Source of the DNA: Gemmatimonadota bacterium
GTDB lineage: Bacteria > Gemmatimonadota > Gemmatimonadetes > Gemmatimonadales > GWC2-71-9
Assembly (NCBI GenBank): GCA_039592335.1
Contig: JBDHBX010000001.1
Span: forward strand, 69,294 to 133,293
DNA length: 64,000 nucleotides
Direction: 5' to 3'
In this document: piece by piece, positions 9,063-17,058 of the stretch
Numbering within the stretch: position 1 is the first letter of the stretch
Layout: every line of letters starts with the position of its first letter
Made by a program: the position numbers and the translations under genes
The notes under the pieces: generated by a model
What the model was told of the DNA's origin: nothing
What the model saw: only the letters and a program-made list of their open reading frames with translations
Databases searched by the model: none

Positions 9063-10730
9063 TCAGGGCGACAGCGGCTCCTCCCGGTGGACCCACCGCC
9101 CACCCACCATCGTGCGCCGCACGCGCACGTCCTTGATGGCCTGGGGTGGGATGCGGAACAGATCGTCCGACAGCAGCACCAGGTCGGCCACGTATCCGGG
9201 GGCGAGCCGCCCCTTCCACCGCTCTTCGAACGCCGCCCACGCCGCGTTCACCGTGTACGCCTCGAGCGCCTCCTGCACCGTGACGCGCTCATCGGGATAC
9301 CACCCGTCCGCGGGCTCACCGTCGAGCGTCTGTCGGGTCACGGCGGCATAGATCCCCAGCAACGGCTCGGCGGGATACCACGCCGCATTGGTGCCGGGCC
9401 AGTCGGACCCGAACACCAGGAGCGCGCCGGCATCCTTCAGCGAGCGAAAGGCATAGGCCCCCGTGGCCCGATCGCCGATCCGATCCTCCATCCACCGCAT
9501 GTCGTCGATGGCGTGATACGGCTGGACTTCGGCGATGATGCCCAGTTCCCCGAGCCGCACGAAGTCATCGGGCTCCACCACCTGCGCGTGGATCATGCGG
9601 AAGCGGCGGTCCTTGGGGCCGTTGATGCGGATCGCGCGTTCGTACATGTCGAGCAGGGTGTCGACGGCCAAATCGCCGATGGCGTGGATGTGGGGGGTGA
9701 GCCCGGCGGCGTCGGCGGAAACAATGAGCCGCTCCATGTTGCCCGGCGGCGACATCATGGTGCGCCAGCGGCCGCGCGTCTCGGGCATGTGACGGTACGG
9801 CTCGCGGAACATGGCCGAGGAGTTTCCCATGATGCCGTCCACGAATCCCTTGAGCCCACAGACCGAGAGCATCTCGTCCCCGAAGCCGGTGCGCACGCCC
9901 ACGGCCGCCAGATCCTCCCAGTGATCCAGCGTCGGCCGCGCGCACACCCGTACCGAGAGAGCGTTGCGGGCCTGGAGGTACTGGAAGATCCGCATCGTCC
10001 CCGCGCGGGTGATGTCGTGAATCGTGGTCACGCCGTGGAACTTGAGATCCGCCAGGGCGAGGCGTGCCTCGGCGAGCAGTTGCTGCTGTGACGGCTCGGG
10101 CCTCGCCGCTCGCACCTGCTGGGCTTCCTCCGCCGTCAGATGTCCCGTGTGGCCGGCCGGGTCGATCCCGGCGGCCCGCAGCGCGGCGTTGTTGGCGAGG
10201 TACTGCGAGCGATCCCACTTGTTCAGCAGCGCCGGGCGCTCGCCCGTGAGGGAATCGAGCAGCGCCCGCCGCGGCATCCAGGCGCTCTCCAGATCGTACG
10301 CGCCCCAATCGCCACCCACCATCCACGATCCGGGCGGGAGCCGGTGGTGGGCCTCGGTCACCCGCTGCCGCAGGCCGTCGTCGTCCGACACGTCCAGCAG
10401 GTTGACGCCGAGCAGCAACGCCCCGGCGTACTGAAAGTGCGTGTGGGTGTCGATGAACCCGGGGCTGATGAACCCGCCCTCCATGTCTTCCACTCGCGCC
10501 GCTGGGCCCGCAGCCTCCAGGACCTCGTCGCGGGAGCCCACGGCGACGACCCGCCCGGCGTGGACGGCAACGGCTTCCGCCCAGGGACGCGCCGAGTCGC
10601 CTGTCCAGATCCTGGCGTTCACCAACACCTGCGCCGTGCCGTCCGGCTGCTGCGCCCCGAGGGGCACCCAACCGAATGCCAGCGCGATTAGGCCTACCGT
10701 GCAGCCTCGCATCGCTTGGGTCGGCATCAC
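9063..10730 (-). CDS. Secreted metal-dependent amidohydrolase (Amidohydro_3/YtcJ-like)
   Basis: Signal peptide MMPTQAMRGCTVGLIALAFGWVPLGAQ. Metal motif GFIDTHTHF. HAIGD and FGSDWP motifs. Confidence 0.8.
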   Translation of the reverse strand: MMPTQAMRGCTVGLIALAFGWVPLGAQQPDGTAQVLVNARIWTGDSARPWAEAVAVHAGRVVAVGSRDEVLEAAGPAARVEDMEGGFISPGFIDTHTHFQYAGALLLGVNLLDVSDDDGLRQRVTEAHHRLPPGSWMVGGDWGAYDLESAWMPRRALLDSLTGERPALLNKWDRSQYLANNAALRAAGIDPAGHTGHLTAEEAQQVRAARPEPSQQQLLAEARLALADLKFHGVTTIHDITRAGTMRIFQYLQARNALSVRVCARPTLDHWEDLAAVGVRTGFGDEMLSVCGLKGFVDGIMGNSSAMFREPYRHMPETRGRWRTMMSPPGNMERLIVSADAAGLTPHIHAIGDLAVDTLLDMYERAIRINGPKDRRFRMIHAQVVEPDDFVRLGELGIIAEVQPYHAIDDMRWMEDRIGDRATGAYAFRSLKDAGALLVFGSDWPGTNAAWYPAEPLLGIYAAVTRQTLDGEPADGWYPDERVTVQEALEAYTVNAAWAAFEERWKGRLAPGYVADLVLLSDDLFRIPPQAIKDVRVRRTMVGGRWVHREEPLSP

Positions 10731-11251
10731 CTCGTTCCTTCGCTCTCCGGAAACGGCGGCACATCGAGGAGCCAGAACCCGCCGAGCTCACCCTGCTCGT
10801 CGAACTCCACCAAGAGGTTCTCGGCCAGCGCCACCCACTCATGACCGCGGGCGTTGCCCACACGGAGATGCAGCACCGACTCGTCCGGGCTGCGCTGCAC
10901 GAGGAGGGGGAGATCCACCTCCACGACGGCAATACCCGGCTGGGACGGGCGGGACGGCACGATGAGCCTTCCCTGCTCCCCCGGCTCGGGCGGCGTGAGC
11001 CCCTTCACCGTCTCGGTGGGCGGCCACACCACGATCTCGACCGCCCGCAACACGCCGCCTTCAAAGTCCAGCGTGACCACCGCGCCCTTCGCGTCCTCCA
11101 GCTCGATGGAGCCGGTCAGCCCGCGGCTCGGCTCCACCCCCGCGAGCACACCCGAGAGAATCTCCGTCTCCGCGTCCCACTGGAACTCGACGCGCGGCAA
11201 GTCGCCGTCGATCGGCTCGATCTTCGCTCCGTAGCCCCGTACGCCCCTCAC
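10727..11251 (-). CDS. Small hypothetical protein with two DUF2283-like repeats; function unknown
   Basis: AAGGAGG-N4-GTG at 11251, overlapping the aminotransferase stop (GTGA). The stop overlaps the amidohydrolase start. The upstream 210 codons of the track ORF overlap the aminotransferase gene out of frame and look spurious. Confidence 0.5.
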   Translation of the reverse strand: MRGVRGYGAKIEPIDGDLPRVEFQWDAETEILSGVLAGVEPSRGLTGSIELEDAKGAVVTLDFEGGVLRAVEIVVWPPTETVKGLTPPEPGEQGRLIVPSRPSQPGIAVVEVDLPLLVQRSPDESVLHLRVGNARGHEWVALAENLLVEFDEQGELGGFWLLDVPPFPESEGTR

Positions 11252-12459
11252 GTCGCCTCCTTGGTCTCCACGGACCGCACAAAGTCCGTGATCCGGTTCA
11301 GTGCCTGGCGCAATGTCTTTTCTGAGGCAGCAAAGGAGAGCCGCACCCACCGCCCGTCCCCGAACGCTTCGCCCGGCACCAGCGCGACCCCCTGCTCCGC
11401 CAGGAGACGCTCGCAGAACGCCGCGGCGCTCGCGAGCTTCCCATCGAAGAACCCGTCGACTCTGAAGAAGAAGTAGAACGCCCCGAGGGGGTCCACGAAC
11501 TCCACCCCGGGAAGCTCTCTTCGAAAGTGCGCCACCACCAGGTCGCGACGCTGCCGGAAGGTCTCCACCATTCGGTGTACGTCCTCCTCGACCCGCTCGT
11601 CTGCCAGCGCCGCGGCCGCCGCCCACTGCGCCGGTTGCGACGCCCCACTGGTCACGTGGGTCTGCATCGCGGCCATCGCCTGGGCCACGAGCGGCGGCGC
11701 CACTGCGATGCCGACCCGCCACCCCGTCATGGCATAGGCTTTCCCCACGCCGGTCACCACCACCACACGCTCGAGCAGCTCGTCCGGGAGGTCGTACACC
11801 GACGGTGCTGGCCCCGAGCCGAAGTGGATGCGGCGATACATCTCGTCGGCAATCACCCAGAGCCGGCGCTCCCTGGCCCACTCGAGCAGCGCCTTGAGCT
11901 CCGCCCGCGTGTAGACCGCGCCCGTGGGATTGACGGGCGTGCAGAGGATCAGCCCCGCCGCCCGCGCGTCCGCCGCATTCTCCAGCTCACCCACGCCCAC
12001 CTTGAGACTCCACTCCGCATCGCCCGGCACCAGCACGGGCTGCGCGCGCGCCAGGTGCACCAGCTGCGGATAGGAGACCCACGCGGGCGCCGGGATCAGC
12101 ACCGTGTCGCCGCCCTCGAACAGGCTGAAGCACGCGTTGAACAGCGACTGCCGGGCGCCGGTGGACACCACAACGTGGTCGGCGTTGATCGGCCGGCCGC
12201 CGGAAAGCAGCGACAGATGGTGGGCGGCCGCCGCGCGCAGTTCCAGAATCCCGGCGTTGGGCGGGTAGTGCGTCTTGCCCTGCTGGATCGCCTTGATGCC
12301 CGCCTCGGCGGGAATGCGCGGCGTATCGAAGTCGGGCTCGCCCACCGAGAGGTCGACAATGTCCTCACCGGCGGCGCGGCGGCGCTGCGCCTGCTCCTTG
12401 ATCGCGACGGTCTTGGACGCCTCGAGGTTCGCCAGGTTGCGAGAGCGCTTGAACGCCAT
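11248..12459 (-). CDS. Class I PLP-dependent (aspartate-type) aminotransferase
   Basis: DLSVGEPDFDTP, YPPNAG, and PLP-lysine region VGKAYAMTGWRVG. About 400 aa. Confidence 0.9.
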   Translation of the reverse strand: MAFKRSRNLANLEASKTVAIKEQAQRRRAAGEDIVDLSVGEPDFDTPRIPAEAGIKAIQQGKTHYPPNAGILELRAAAAHHLSLLSGGRPINADHVVVSTGARQSLFNACFSLFEGGDTVLIPAPAWVSYPQLVHLARAQPVLVPGDAEWSLKVGVGELENAADARAAGLILCTPVNPTGAVYTRAELKALLEWARERRLWVIADEMYRRIHFGSGPAPSVYDLPDELLERVVVVTGVGKAYAMTGWRVGIAVAPPLVAQAMAAMQTHVTSGASQPAQWAAAAALADERVEEDVHRMVETFRQRRDLVVAHFRRELPGVEFVDPLGAFYFFFRVDGFFDGKLASAAAFCERLLAEQGVALVPGEAFGDGRWVRLSFAASEKTLRQALNRITDFVRSVETKEAT

Positions 12460-13604
12460 CAGCGCACGACTCCGTAGCGCCGCAGGATCTCCACCGTCGC
12501 TTCCAGGGGGAGCGCCTCAGCCGTCCCGCGATGTCCCACCACAGTCGTGGCGAGGAACAGCGAGTTGTAGATCGCTTCCTCGGTCGCCTCTGCCACCGCC
12601 TGGAACAGCGGGCTCACGTCGCTGTTGGCGACCACTCCCACTGTCCCGAGCTCCGCGACGGTCACGGTACTGAATGCGATCACGTAATCCCCCGACCCGT
12701 TGGTCATCGTGGCGCCGGTGCGCGCCAGGCCGGACAGCGCGCGCCGCCCCAGCCGCTCGAGGTTGCGGTGATCCAGCGGCGCATCGGTGGCGACCACGAT
12801 CATGATGGAGCCGTCCGCGGCACCGTCCGCGCCGGCGCCTGGCCCTTCCATCTCCCGCCGCAGGTAGTAGCGTCCCAGCTCCTTGCCCACCGGGGCGCCG
12901 GCCACCGTGAACACGCCGCTGCCCACGTTCATCTGCACCAACACGCCGACGGACCACCCACCAAGGCTCGACGGGAGCCGACGGCTCGCCGTCCCGATCC
13001 CGCCCTTCCATCCATACGCCCTGGTCCCGCGACCGGCCCCAACGCTTCCCTGGTCCACGGGCCCGGTGGCAGCCGTCTCGATTGCACGCAGGACATGGTC
13101 CTCGGTGACGGGGCGCAGCCGGATGTGATTCAGCGTGCCGTCGTTCGTCTCACCCACCACCGCGTTGGCCGAGCGGACCTCCTCGTTACCGGGCAGGGCC
13201 AGCAGATAGGTCAGCACAGCGTCCGCCGCGCGCGGCACACACAGCGTGCAGGTGAGCACGACCGGGCTCTCGAGCTCGCCCAGCTCCTGCACCTGGGTGA
13301 ACCCCGCCAGCTTGCCGTAGCCGTTCCCCACTACCACGGCGGCGGGCACCTTCTCCCGAAACACGTTGCCGCCGTGCGGCAGGACCGCCGTCACGCCGGT
13401 ATTGATGGAGTCCCCGCCGGTCACTGTCACCTGCCCGACGCGCACCCCCTCCACGTCGGTGACGGCGTTGAGGGGACCGGGTGGCAGCACACCGACGACG
13501 ACCCCCAACTCCCGCGCCGACTGCCGCTCCTGCGCATCCAGCGACGCGGCAGGGGCAATGACGACGGCACCCGTCAGCAGCAGCGTCAGTCGAATGGCTA
13601 CCAT
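12459..13604 (-). CDS. DmpA/peptidase S58 (P1) family aminopeptidase, secreted
   Basis: GGGAGG-N6-ATG at 13604. Signal MVAIRLTLLLTGAVVIAPAASLDAQ. NAVTDVEGVRVGQVTV, INTGVTAVLP and GETNDG motifs. ATGA overlap with the aminotransferase. Confidence 0.8.
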   Translation of the reverse strand: MVAIRLTLLLTGAVVIAPAASLDAQERQSARELGVVVGVLPPGPLNAVTDVEGVRVGQVTVTGGDSINTGVTAVLPHGGNVFREKVPAAVVVGNGYGKLAGFTQVQELGELESPVVLTCTLCVPRAADAVLTYLLALPGNEEVRSANAVVGETNDGTLNHIRLRPVTEDHVLRAIETAATGPVDQGSVGAGRGTRAYGWKGGIGTASRRLPSSLGGWSVGVLVQMNVGSGVFTVAGAPVGKELGRYYLRREMEGPGAGADGAADGSIMIVVATDAPLDHRNLERLGRRALSGLARTGATMTNGSGDYVIAFSTVTVAELGTVGVVANSDVSPLFQAVAEATEEAIYNSLFLATTVVGHRGTAEALPLEATVEILRRYGVVR

Positions 13605-13659
13605 TCCACACCTCCCTACGCCAAGCTTCGGTCCCCTGCTCACGCTGTCAACGCGGCGC

Positions 13660-14460
13660 TCACCCGTCCTCATAGACTTCCCGCTTCCAGCGGTACGGTA
13701 GCTCCACCATGCCACCCGATTCGGTGATCTCCTCGAGCGCCGCCAACGACGCCCGCAGGACGGTGCGCTGCTGCGCCGCATGGCCCGGCTCGCCGAACAC
13801 CTGGCCCAGGCGGAACGTGATCAGCACATTGCGCGGCGCCGGCAGCGCCTCGATCATGTTGCGCACCACGCTCACCGTCACGGTCGGGATGCCGCGGGCC
13901 TCCACCGCGCGGGCGACCAGTCCCACGGACTGATGGCAGGTCACTCACCCCGGCGTGGCCAACACGAGGTCCACCTGGTCCCGCTCGAAGATCCCCGCGA
14001 CCTCGTCGGCCACTTCGCGCACCAGGCGCGTGCGCTGCTCCCCGTAGAGATGGCCCATCATGCCGACGTGGCGCGGCGCCACCGCGCCCAGCTCGCCGAC
14101 CTGCACCAGCTCGCGCAGCCGCTCGATGGGATACACGCAGTTGACGTCGCGGTCGGGAGCGCGGTGGTCGTAGTAGTCGTGCGTGATGGTGAGGGCCGCG
14201 ACGTCGACATCCCCGGGAATCACGCGGTACGAGGCGTCCCCCTCCGGGTCGTCCATGTCGAACGCCGGCTGGTCCGCGAGATGCAGCCCGGCGGCCGTGA
14301 CCATCCCGACCCGAGCCCTGGAGAGCGGTTGCCGTGGCGACGCCAACGGCGGCAGGGGGATCTCGGCGCTCCGTCCACTGGTGGCACGGGCATACAGCTC
14401 ATTGATCCAGTGCACGCGCGTGTAGACGCCGGACTGGAATCGGTTCCACCAGCGGGCCAT
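13660..14460 (-). CDS. Glycine/sarcosine/betaine/D-proline reductase B (GrdB/PrdB)-family protein with in-frame UGA (candidate selenocysteine) at 13947-13945
   Basis: Two track ORFs (13945..14580 and 13660..13944) are contiguous and in one frame, separated only by TGA. The junction reads LATPG-U-VTCHQSVGLVARAVEARGIPTVTV. ATG at 14460 has a GGAG RBS. Confidence 0.6.
13916..13934 (-). promoter_or_regulatory. Candidate bacterial SECIS hairpin
   Basis: The mRNA reads AUCAGUCC-GUG-GGACUGGU. That is an 8-bp stem (one G.U pair) with a GUG apical loop, starting 11 nt after the UGA. Confidence 0.4.
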
Positions 14461-14552
14461 GACATCTCCGCGTATCGGTTCTCGACGTCGGCGCGATGGG
14501 CGGGGCGGCTCGCTGGCCGCAGAGGGCACTCGCTTGCCCCGCGCTCCAGCGC

Positions 14553-14580
14553 AAACTACCATCCTGTGTCTCTTTGACAA
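14553..14580 (-). promoter_or_regulatory. Candidate sigma70-type promoter for the long minus-strand array
   Basis: Minus strand reads TTGTCA-N16-TAGTTT, about 85 nt upstream of the ATG at 14460. Confidence 0.3.
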
Positions 14581-14592
14581 TCGAGGGATCCC

Positions 14593-15918
14593 GTGTCCTG
14601 GACCTTTGCGCCGACGTTCGACGCCGGCCCACGCGCCGCCCTGGGCGGCGGGAAGAATCTGGTCTACGTGTGCCCGCCCGCTGGGTGGGCCGTCGTCCCG
14701 TTATTGCAGCGGCTCGAAGAGACACCGGAGCCCGGTCTCGCCACCCTGCTCCTCGCGACCGATCCGTCCGAGGTGGTGGAGCTCGCCTCGCTGGCTGCCA
14801 CCGTCGAGACGCTTACACCCGTCCATGCCGTTTCCGGACTGGCCCGGGCCGGCCGCCTCCTGAAGTCGGGAGCGACGCGCACCCTCGTCGCCACACCGGC
14901 GGACGCCCTCCAACTCCTCGCCCGCGCGCTGCTCAAGCTGGAGGGGTTACGACGGGTCGCCGTGCTGTGGCCGGAGACGCAGTTCGCCCTGGGCGCCGGG
15001 GAGGCAATCGACACCGTACTTGCCGAGTGCGGCGGGGCGCAACGCGTCGTGGTCACCGCGGACGAGGCCCCCCTCACCGACTTCCTCGAGCGCCATGCGC
15101 GGCGCGCGCCGGTCGTGCCGGGCGGGCGGCTCCCCGAGCAGCCGGGCGGGCGGGTGCGCTACGCCCTGGTGGACCCGCAGCGCCTCGCCTGGGCGGTACG
15201 CGGCGCGCTCGACACGCTCAACCCGGCCTCGGCGCTGATTTGGGATCCGACGCCGGCGGCCGCGCACCGTTGGGCCGAGCACGCCGGCGATCCGACCGTG
15301 CGGGTCGCCTCCGATCCGGGGGACGAGCCCGTGGAGTGGGCGGTCGCGGTGGAGCTTCCCAGCGCGGAGGCGCTCGCCGCCCTGCACGGGGTGGCCCGGG
15401 GCGTCCTGATCCTCGCGCGGGCGTCACAGCTCCCCTACCTGGAGCGGCTCGCCGGCTCGCTCGACGTGCTGCGGCTCCCATCGGAGGCCGACCGCGCCCG
15501 GGACCGTGCCGGCGCGCTGCGGGCCGAGCTGCGAAACCGCATCGAGGGAGGGCGGCTCCTGGACGGCCTCGCCGCGCTGGCACCCCTGTTCGACGAGTAC
15601 GATCCGGCGCTGGTGGCGGCCGCCGCGCTGCAGACCCCCGAGGCTGCGGCACCTACCCGCGAGGCGCCCAGCGAGATTCCGACGTGGGCCCACATTCACG
15701 TGAGCGCAGGCCGGCGCGACCGGCTGCGCACGGGTGACGTGGTGGGTGCGTTGCTCAATGCCGTAGGAATCCCCAAGGACACCATCGGACGCGTGGACGT
15801 GCGCGAGAGTTTCTCGGTGGTCGAGGTGCGGGCCGAGGTGGCGCAGCGGGTGTTGAAGGGGCTGGACGGTGTGACGCTGCGCGGCCGCACCGTGACGGCG
15901 AAAGTAGACAAGAGGTAA
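14593..15918 (+). CDS. DEAD-box-helicase-like protein with degenerate ATPase motifs and a C-terminal DbpA-type RNA-binding domain
   Basis: The C-terminus WAHIHVSAGRRDRLRTGDVVGALLNAVGIPKDTIGRVDVRESFSVVEV...VTLRGRTVTAKV matches the DbpA RBD pattern. The N-terminal two-thirds follow RecA-like spacing but lack GSGKT and DEAD. Confidence 0.7.
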   Translation: MSWTFAPTFDAGPRAALGGGKNLVYVCPPAGWAVVPLLQRLEETPEPGLATLLLATDPSEVVELASLAATVETLTPVHAVSGLARAGRLLKSGATRTLVATPADALQLLARALLKLEGLRRVAVLWPETQFALGAGEAIDTVLAECGGAQRVVVTADEAPLTDFLERHARRAPVVPGGRLPEQPGGRVRYALVDPQRLAWAVRGALDTLNPASALIWDPTPAAAHRWAEHAGDPTVRVASDPGDEPVEWAVAVELPSAEALAALHGVARGVLILARASQLPYLERLAGSLDVLRLPSEADRARDRAGALRAELRNRIEGGRLLDGLAALAPLFDEYDPALVAAAALQTPEAAAPTREAPSEIPTWAHIHVSAGRRDRLRTGDVVGALLNAVGIPKDTIGRVDVRESFSVVEVRAEVAQRVLKGLDGVTLRGRTVTAKVDKR

Positions 15919-15937
15919 AGAGAACCGGGCAACACAA

Positions 15938-15970
15938 CCGGGCCGGGCGCCTCCTCGGCGACCCGGCCCG
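15938..15970. terminator. GC-rich hairpin between convergent genes
   Basis: CGGGCCGGG ... CCCGGCCCG, a 9-bp stem, between the 14593..15918(+) stop and the hup(-) stop. No clear U-tract. Confidence 0.4.
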
Positions 15971-15994
15971 CGTCACTCCTCACTCGGTAGGGCG

Positions 15995-16279
15995 CTACTT
16001 GTTGACCGCGTCCTTGAGTCCCTGTCCCGCCTTGAAGGCCGGAACCGTCGCGGCTGCGATCTGGATAGTGCCGCCGGTGCGCGGATCGCGCCCCGCACGA
16101 GCCGCCCGCTTCCGCGCCACGAACGAGCCGAAGCCGGTAATCTGCACCTTGCTTCCGGAACGCAGCTCCTTCGCGATGAGGCCGTCTTCGCCAAACAGGG
16201 CCTCTACGGCACGCCCCGCGTCCGCCTTCGACAGTCCGGTCCCCGACGAGAGGGCTTCGATCAGCTCGGTCTTGTTCAC
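15995..16279 (-). CDS. hup: HU-family DNA-binding protein
   Basis: GGGAGG-N5-GTG at 16279. MNKTELIEALS...GFGSFVARKRAARAGRDPRTG..I.I.....P.FKAG. 94 aa. The rest of the 209-aa track ORF is upstream read-through. Confidence 0.9.
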   Translation of the reverse strand: MNKTELIEALSSGTGLSKADAGRAVEALFGEDGLIAKELRSGSKVQITGFGSFVARKRAARAGRDPRTGGTIQIAAATVPAFKAGQGLKDAVNK

Positions 16280-16447
16280 CCCTATCCTCCCTGTGGATAG
16301 AATTGAAGGTAGGTACGAGTGGCGCGACGGGCCGATCCGTCCGCCGCCATTGCTCCTAAGTAAGACCGGTCGGCGGATGTTGGCAAGCGGCTTGCCTCCC
16401 GGCGTCCGGCGGGATAGGCTCTCGACCACCCTCCGAAAGGGCGGCTC

Positions 16448-17053
16448 ATGCTGCACAGCGTACGGCCGGGATGGATCGAAGTCATTACCGGCGTGATGTT
16501 TAGCGGCAAGAGCGAGGAACTCATCCGGCGCGTGCGCCGCGCTGTGATCGCCCGGAAGCGGGTCCAGGTCTTCAAATCCCACCTCGACGATCGGTACGGC
16601 GGCATCTACTCTGTGACCACCCACGACGGCATCTCGGTCGAGGCCCAGCCAGTGGACTCTTCAGCCGAGATCGTCCGGCTGATCCGCCCCGAATCGGAAG
16701 TCATCGGCATCGACGAGGCCCAGTTCCTCGACCCCGACATCGCAGACGTGTGCACCGACCTCGCCGGGCGGGGCGCGCGCGTCATTGTGGCCGGAACCGA
16801 CTCCGACTTCCGGGGTGAGCCGTTCGGCCCGATGCCGCGACTGCTCTGCATCGCGGAGGTGGTGGACAAGCTCCACGCCATCTGCGTGAAGTGCGGCAAT
16901 CCTGCGTGCCGCAACCAGCGACTCATCGACGGCCGTCCGGCGCGGTACGACTCACCCACCATCATGGTAGGCGGCGGCGAGGGTTACGAAGCGCGGTGCC
17001 GGCACTGCCATGAGGTGCCGCGCGTGGACGAGGATCAAACGGCGCTGCTGTAG
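16448..17053 (+). CDS. tdk: Thymidine kinase
   Basis: [15 protein letters not shown]-loop. [10 protein letters not shown]-terminal zinc motif CVKCG...CRHCH. Confidence 0.92.
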   Translation: MLHSVRPGWIEVITGVMFSGKSEELIRRVRRAVIARKRVQVFKSHLDDRYGGIYSVTTHDGISVEAQPVDSSAEIVRLIRPESEVIGIDEAQFLDPDIADVCTDLAGRGARVIVAGTDSDFRGEPFGPMPRLLCIAEVVDKLHAICVKCGNPACRNQRLIDGRPARYDSPTIMVGGGEGYEARCRHCHEVPRVDEDQTALL

Positions 17054-17058
17054 CAGCC

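Noticed and set aside
842-9240. Interpreting herA-nurA-sbcDC as an anti-phage defence island
   Set aside because: There are no flanking integrase, transposase, tRNA or compositional break. There are no known defence partners (Sir2, DUF4297, methylases). The array is embedded in housekeeping and metabolic genes. I left it as a minor alternative only.
8941-9240. Track start (ATG 9240) for the NurA-like gene
   Set aside because: It would overlap the amidohydrolase 3' end by 178 nt in another frame, and the extension is Gly/Arg/Ala/Pro-rich. I placed the start at the first canonical codon after that gene (GTG 8940), but this remains uncertain.
9565-10932. 455-aa minus-strand ORF overlapping the amidohydrolase in another frame
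   Set aside because: Its composition is extremely Arg/Gly/Pro-rich. The amidohydrolase frame carries the HxH metal motif and a signal peptide.
14574-14579. Plus-strand TTGACA as the -35 of a promoter for the DbpA-domain gene
   Set aside because: The GTG start is only 14 nt downstream, and the hexamer 17 nt away (CCTGGA) is not -10-like. The same bases read on the minus strand give TTGTCA-N16-TAGTTT, which fits better.
13660-14580. Alternative reading: a GrdB-like pseudogene truncated by a nonsense mutation, plus an independent 94-aa gene
   Set aside because: This is not fully excluded. However, the downstream frame is intact and conserved-looking (E..GIPTV). The 94-aa ORF would start at a GTG immediately abutting the TGA, with no RBS. 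The TGA also falls exactly in a U/C-x-x-C context. I therefore prefer Sec recoding.
14496-15737. 413-aa plus-strand ORF in an alternative frame of the DbpA-domain gene
   Set aside because: More than 25 percent of its residues are Arg and Gly, with no motifs. The 14593..15918 frame ends in a recognisable DbpA RNA-binding domain.
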